64,000 nucleotides of DNA. Source: an uncultured Sphingobacterium sp. (lineage in GTDB: Bacteria; Bacteroidota; Bacteroidia; Sphingobacteriales; Sphingobacteriaceae). This document shows, piece after piece, positions 62,243-64,000 of the stretch. The first letter of the stretch is position 1, and every line of letters begins with the position of its first letter. Location: contig CAZFAE010000003.1 in NCBI GenBank assembly GCA_964516035.1, positions 590-64,589 of the forward strand, given 5' to 3'. The notes under the pieces are model-generated. The model did no database searches. It had not been told where the DNA came from and saw only the letters and a list, made by a program, of their open reading frames with translations. Position numbers and translations under genes: made by a program.

Positions 62243-62803
62243 ATGGAAGCACTAGCCCAACATATTGAAGCCCTTATTTTCTGTGCCGAACAGGCCATCA
62301 GCCTGGATGAAATTAAATCGGTAACAGAAGCTGCCTTAGAAATAAACCTAAGCACTTCAGACCTGAATAATGCCATTGATGCCATTAAGCAAAAATACGC
62401 CCAGGCAGAAATGGCTATTGAATTGGTACAGCTTGCCGGCGGTTATGTTTTTCTCACCAAAAAAGAATTTCATAAAACTGTTAAGCAATTACAAATACAT
62501 CGCTCTAAAAAGAAACTAAGCCAGGCGGCCTTAGAAACTTTGGCTATTATCGCCTACCGGCAGCCCATTACCAAACTGGAAATTGAGCAAATACGAGGTG
62601 TAAACTGCGATTATACCGTTCAAAAACTATTAGAAAAAGAATTAATTGGCATTTCCGGCAAAGCCGATACCGTGGGCAAACCGCTTTTATACCATACCAG
62701 CAGCTTATTTATGGATTATTTCGGTTTAAACAACCTGGCCGATTTGCCCCAATTGAAAGAAATTTTAGCCGAAACCAATACTATCGGCGAACAAACGGAA
62801 TAA
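62243..62803 (+). CDS. scpB: Segregation and condensation protein B
   Basis: 'LETLAIIAYRQPITKLEIEQIRGV' winged-helix block and 'GKPLLYHTS..F...FGL'. Confidence 0.9.
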   Translation: MEALAQHIEALIFCAEQAISLDEIKSVTEAALEINLSTSDLNNAIDAIKQKYAQAEMAIELVQLAGGYVFLTKKEFHKTVKQLQIHRSKKKLSQAALETLAIIAYRQPITKLEIEQIRGVNCDYTVQKLLEKELIGISGKADTVGKPLLYHTSSLFMDYFGLNNLADLPQLKEILAETNTIGEQTE

Positions 62804-62894
62804 TTCATCGTTATTTTTTCAAAAAAATTTCTTTTCAGTTCATTGATTACAAAATCTTCTTAAATTTAGCTTAACAATTAGATTTTAAACGCTG

Positions 62895-63092
62895 ATGAAA
62901 ACGCCAAAAAAAACAGTCACTAAAAAAAGTGTCTCGCAAGCCCAGAAAAAATCAGTTTTAAAGAATAATCAGGAAGAACCTGACAAGCCTTTACTATCTG
63001 ATGAAGATGACGAGGATTTTGACTTACCGATGGATGAGCTAGACGATTTGGATGGCTTAGACCCTTTGGATGACGAAGATGACGACTACTAA
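62895..63092 (+). CDS. Small bipartite protein: Lys-rich N-half, poly-acidic C-half
   Basis: 65-aa ORF followed by a good terminator. No family recognised. Confidence 0.45.
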   Translation: MKTPKKTVTKKSVSQAQKKSVLKNNQEEPDKPLLSDEDDEDFDLPMDELDDLDGLDPLDDEDDDY

Positions 63093-63115
63093 ACAAAATA
63101 AATAAAATTTCTTGG

Positions 63116-63143
63116 GCATCCGATTCACATCGGGTGCTTTTTT
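63116..63143 (+). terminator. Rho-independent terminator
   Basis: gcatccgat-tcac-atcgggtgc followed by tttttt. Confidence 0.75.
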
Positions 63144-63158
63144 GTATACTTACCTCCT

Positions 63159-64000
63159 ATGACGCTTACCGAAGTTAAAAGCCCTCAAGACGAAACCGAT
63201 TTTTTAAATGTTGCCCGCATTATTTATCAGGATGACTCCAATTGGGTTTGCCCGTTAGATACCGATTTAAAGGCAGTTTTTGACCCCAAAAACAATAGTT
63301 TTTTTGAACATGGCGTTTGTACGCGATGGATTTTAAAATCTGATAAGGGGGAATTAATTGGCCGAGTAGCCGCTTTTATCAACGAGAAAAAGGCTTATCA
63401 GCACGATATACCCACCGGCGGCATAGGCTTTTTTGAGTGTATTGAAGATAAAAAAGCAGCAGATTTACTTTTTGATGCAGCCCAAAACTGGCTGACCAAA
63501 AAAGGCATGAAAGCAATGGAAGGGCCCATAAATTTTGGCGAAAACGATACTTTTTGGGGATTGTTGGTAGAAGGTTTTACACCGCCATCTTACGGCATGA
63601 ATTACCATAAGCCTTATTATCATTCATTTTTTACAGATTACGGCTTTACCACGGTTTACGAACAAATTACTAATCACCTCGACCTGAATAAACCTTTTCC
63701 TGAGCGATTTACCAAAATTGCCGAATGGGTGGCTCAAAAACCCGGCTACCGTTTCGAACATCTTAAAGCCAGCCAATTTGACCGTTTTGCAGATGATTTC
63801 CTGGAAATTTATAATGAAGCCTGGAAAGATTTTGAAAACTTTGTGCCCCTAACAAAACCCGTAGTACTGGAGAGCTTCCGTAAAATGAAGGCCATTATGG
63901 ATGAAAAACTAATTTGGTTTGCCTACGTAAACAACGAACCAGCTTCATTTGTAGTTATACTCCCCGATGCTAACCAGTTAATCAAATCTTTTAATGGGAA
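63159..64000 (+). CDS. Conserved Bacteroidota protein, probably GNAT-fold acyltransferase-like (C-terminus off window)
   Basis: Hand translation from ATG 63159 is open to the window end (MTLTEVKSPQDETDFLNVARIIYQDDSNWVCPLDTDLKAVFDP...GGIGFFECIEDKKAA...GPINFGENDTFWGLLVEGF). It is absent from the ORF track because no stop is reached. Confidence 0.65.
   Translation, partial: MTLTEVKSPQDETDFLNVARIIYQDDSNWVCPLDTDLKAVFDPKNNSFFEHGVCTRWILKSDKGELIGRVAAFINEKKAYQHDIPTGGIGFFECIEDKKAADLLFDAAQNWLTKKGMKAMEGPINFGENDTFWGLLVEGFTPPSYGMNYHKPYYHSFFTDYGFTTVYEQITNHLDLNKPFPERFTKIAEWVAQKPGYRFEHLKASQFDRFADDFLEIYNEAWKDFENFVPLTKPVVLESFRKMKAIMDEKLIWFAYVNNEPASFVVILPDANQLIKSFNG

Overview
The window reads as a Bacteroidota chromosome segment, probably Sphingobacteriia- or Cytophagia-like. 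This is inferred from a 286-aa primary sigma factor, TAnnTTTG promoter motifs, many lipoprotein signals and Bacteroidota-specific families. It has two parts. (1) Positions 1 to about 16.6 kb are visibly more AT-rich by eye; GC was not computed. This part looks like an integrase-associated genomic island whose left end lies outside the window. It holds a partial tyrosine recombinase and a co-directional 12-gene copper/silver-type metal-resistance array. That array comprises HYC_CC_PP, heavy-metal-binding (HMBD) and DUF3347 proteins, a CusA/CzcA RND pump interrupted by a stop, TolC, two tandem HMBD-tipped adaptors, a heme-binding-domain protein, a His-rich CPH-type P1B ATPase and a PepSY protein. 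A block of six orphan ORFs follows, including an RHH protein and an Abi_C/HEPN-like protein. The island ends at tRNA-Ser(GCU), and a 55-nt degenerate copy of the tRNA 5' half lies just beyond it. (2) Positions 16.8-64 kb are ordinary core genome: PgpH-like HD protein, thiolase, DPP4 plus POT peptide transporter, ruvB, queG, smc, asnS, nhaA, recR, nfi, gap, rpoD, guaB, an M16 peptidase pair, mqnC-like and scpB. Features of note in the core are three tandem LamG-type lipoprotein paralogs, two roughly 1050-aa BNR/sortilin paralogs flanking smc, a two-copy nested palindromic repeat family, a DUF1016 nuclease and several clean hairpin terminators. No CRISPR array, rRNA or transposase was seen. The best candidate for something undescribed is the orphan block at 13.8-16.4 kb at the tRNA-proximal end of the island. 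The uncharacterised accessory proteins of the metal array come second. All family assignments come from motif recognition by eye, not from searches.
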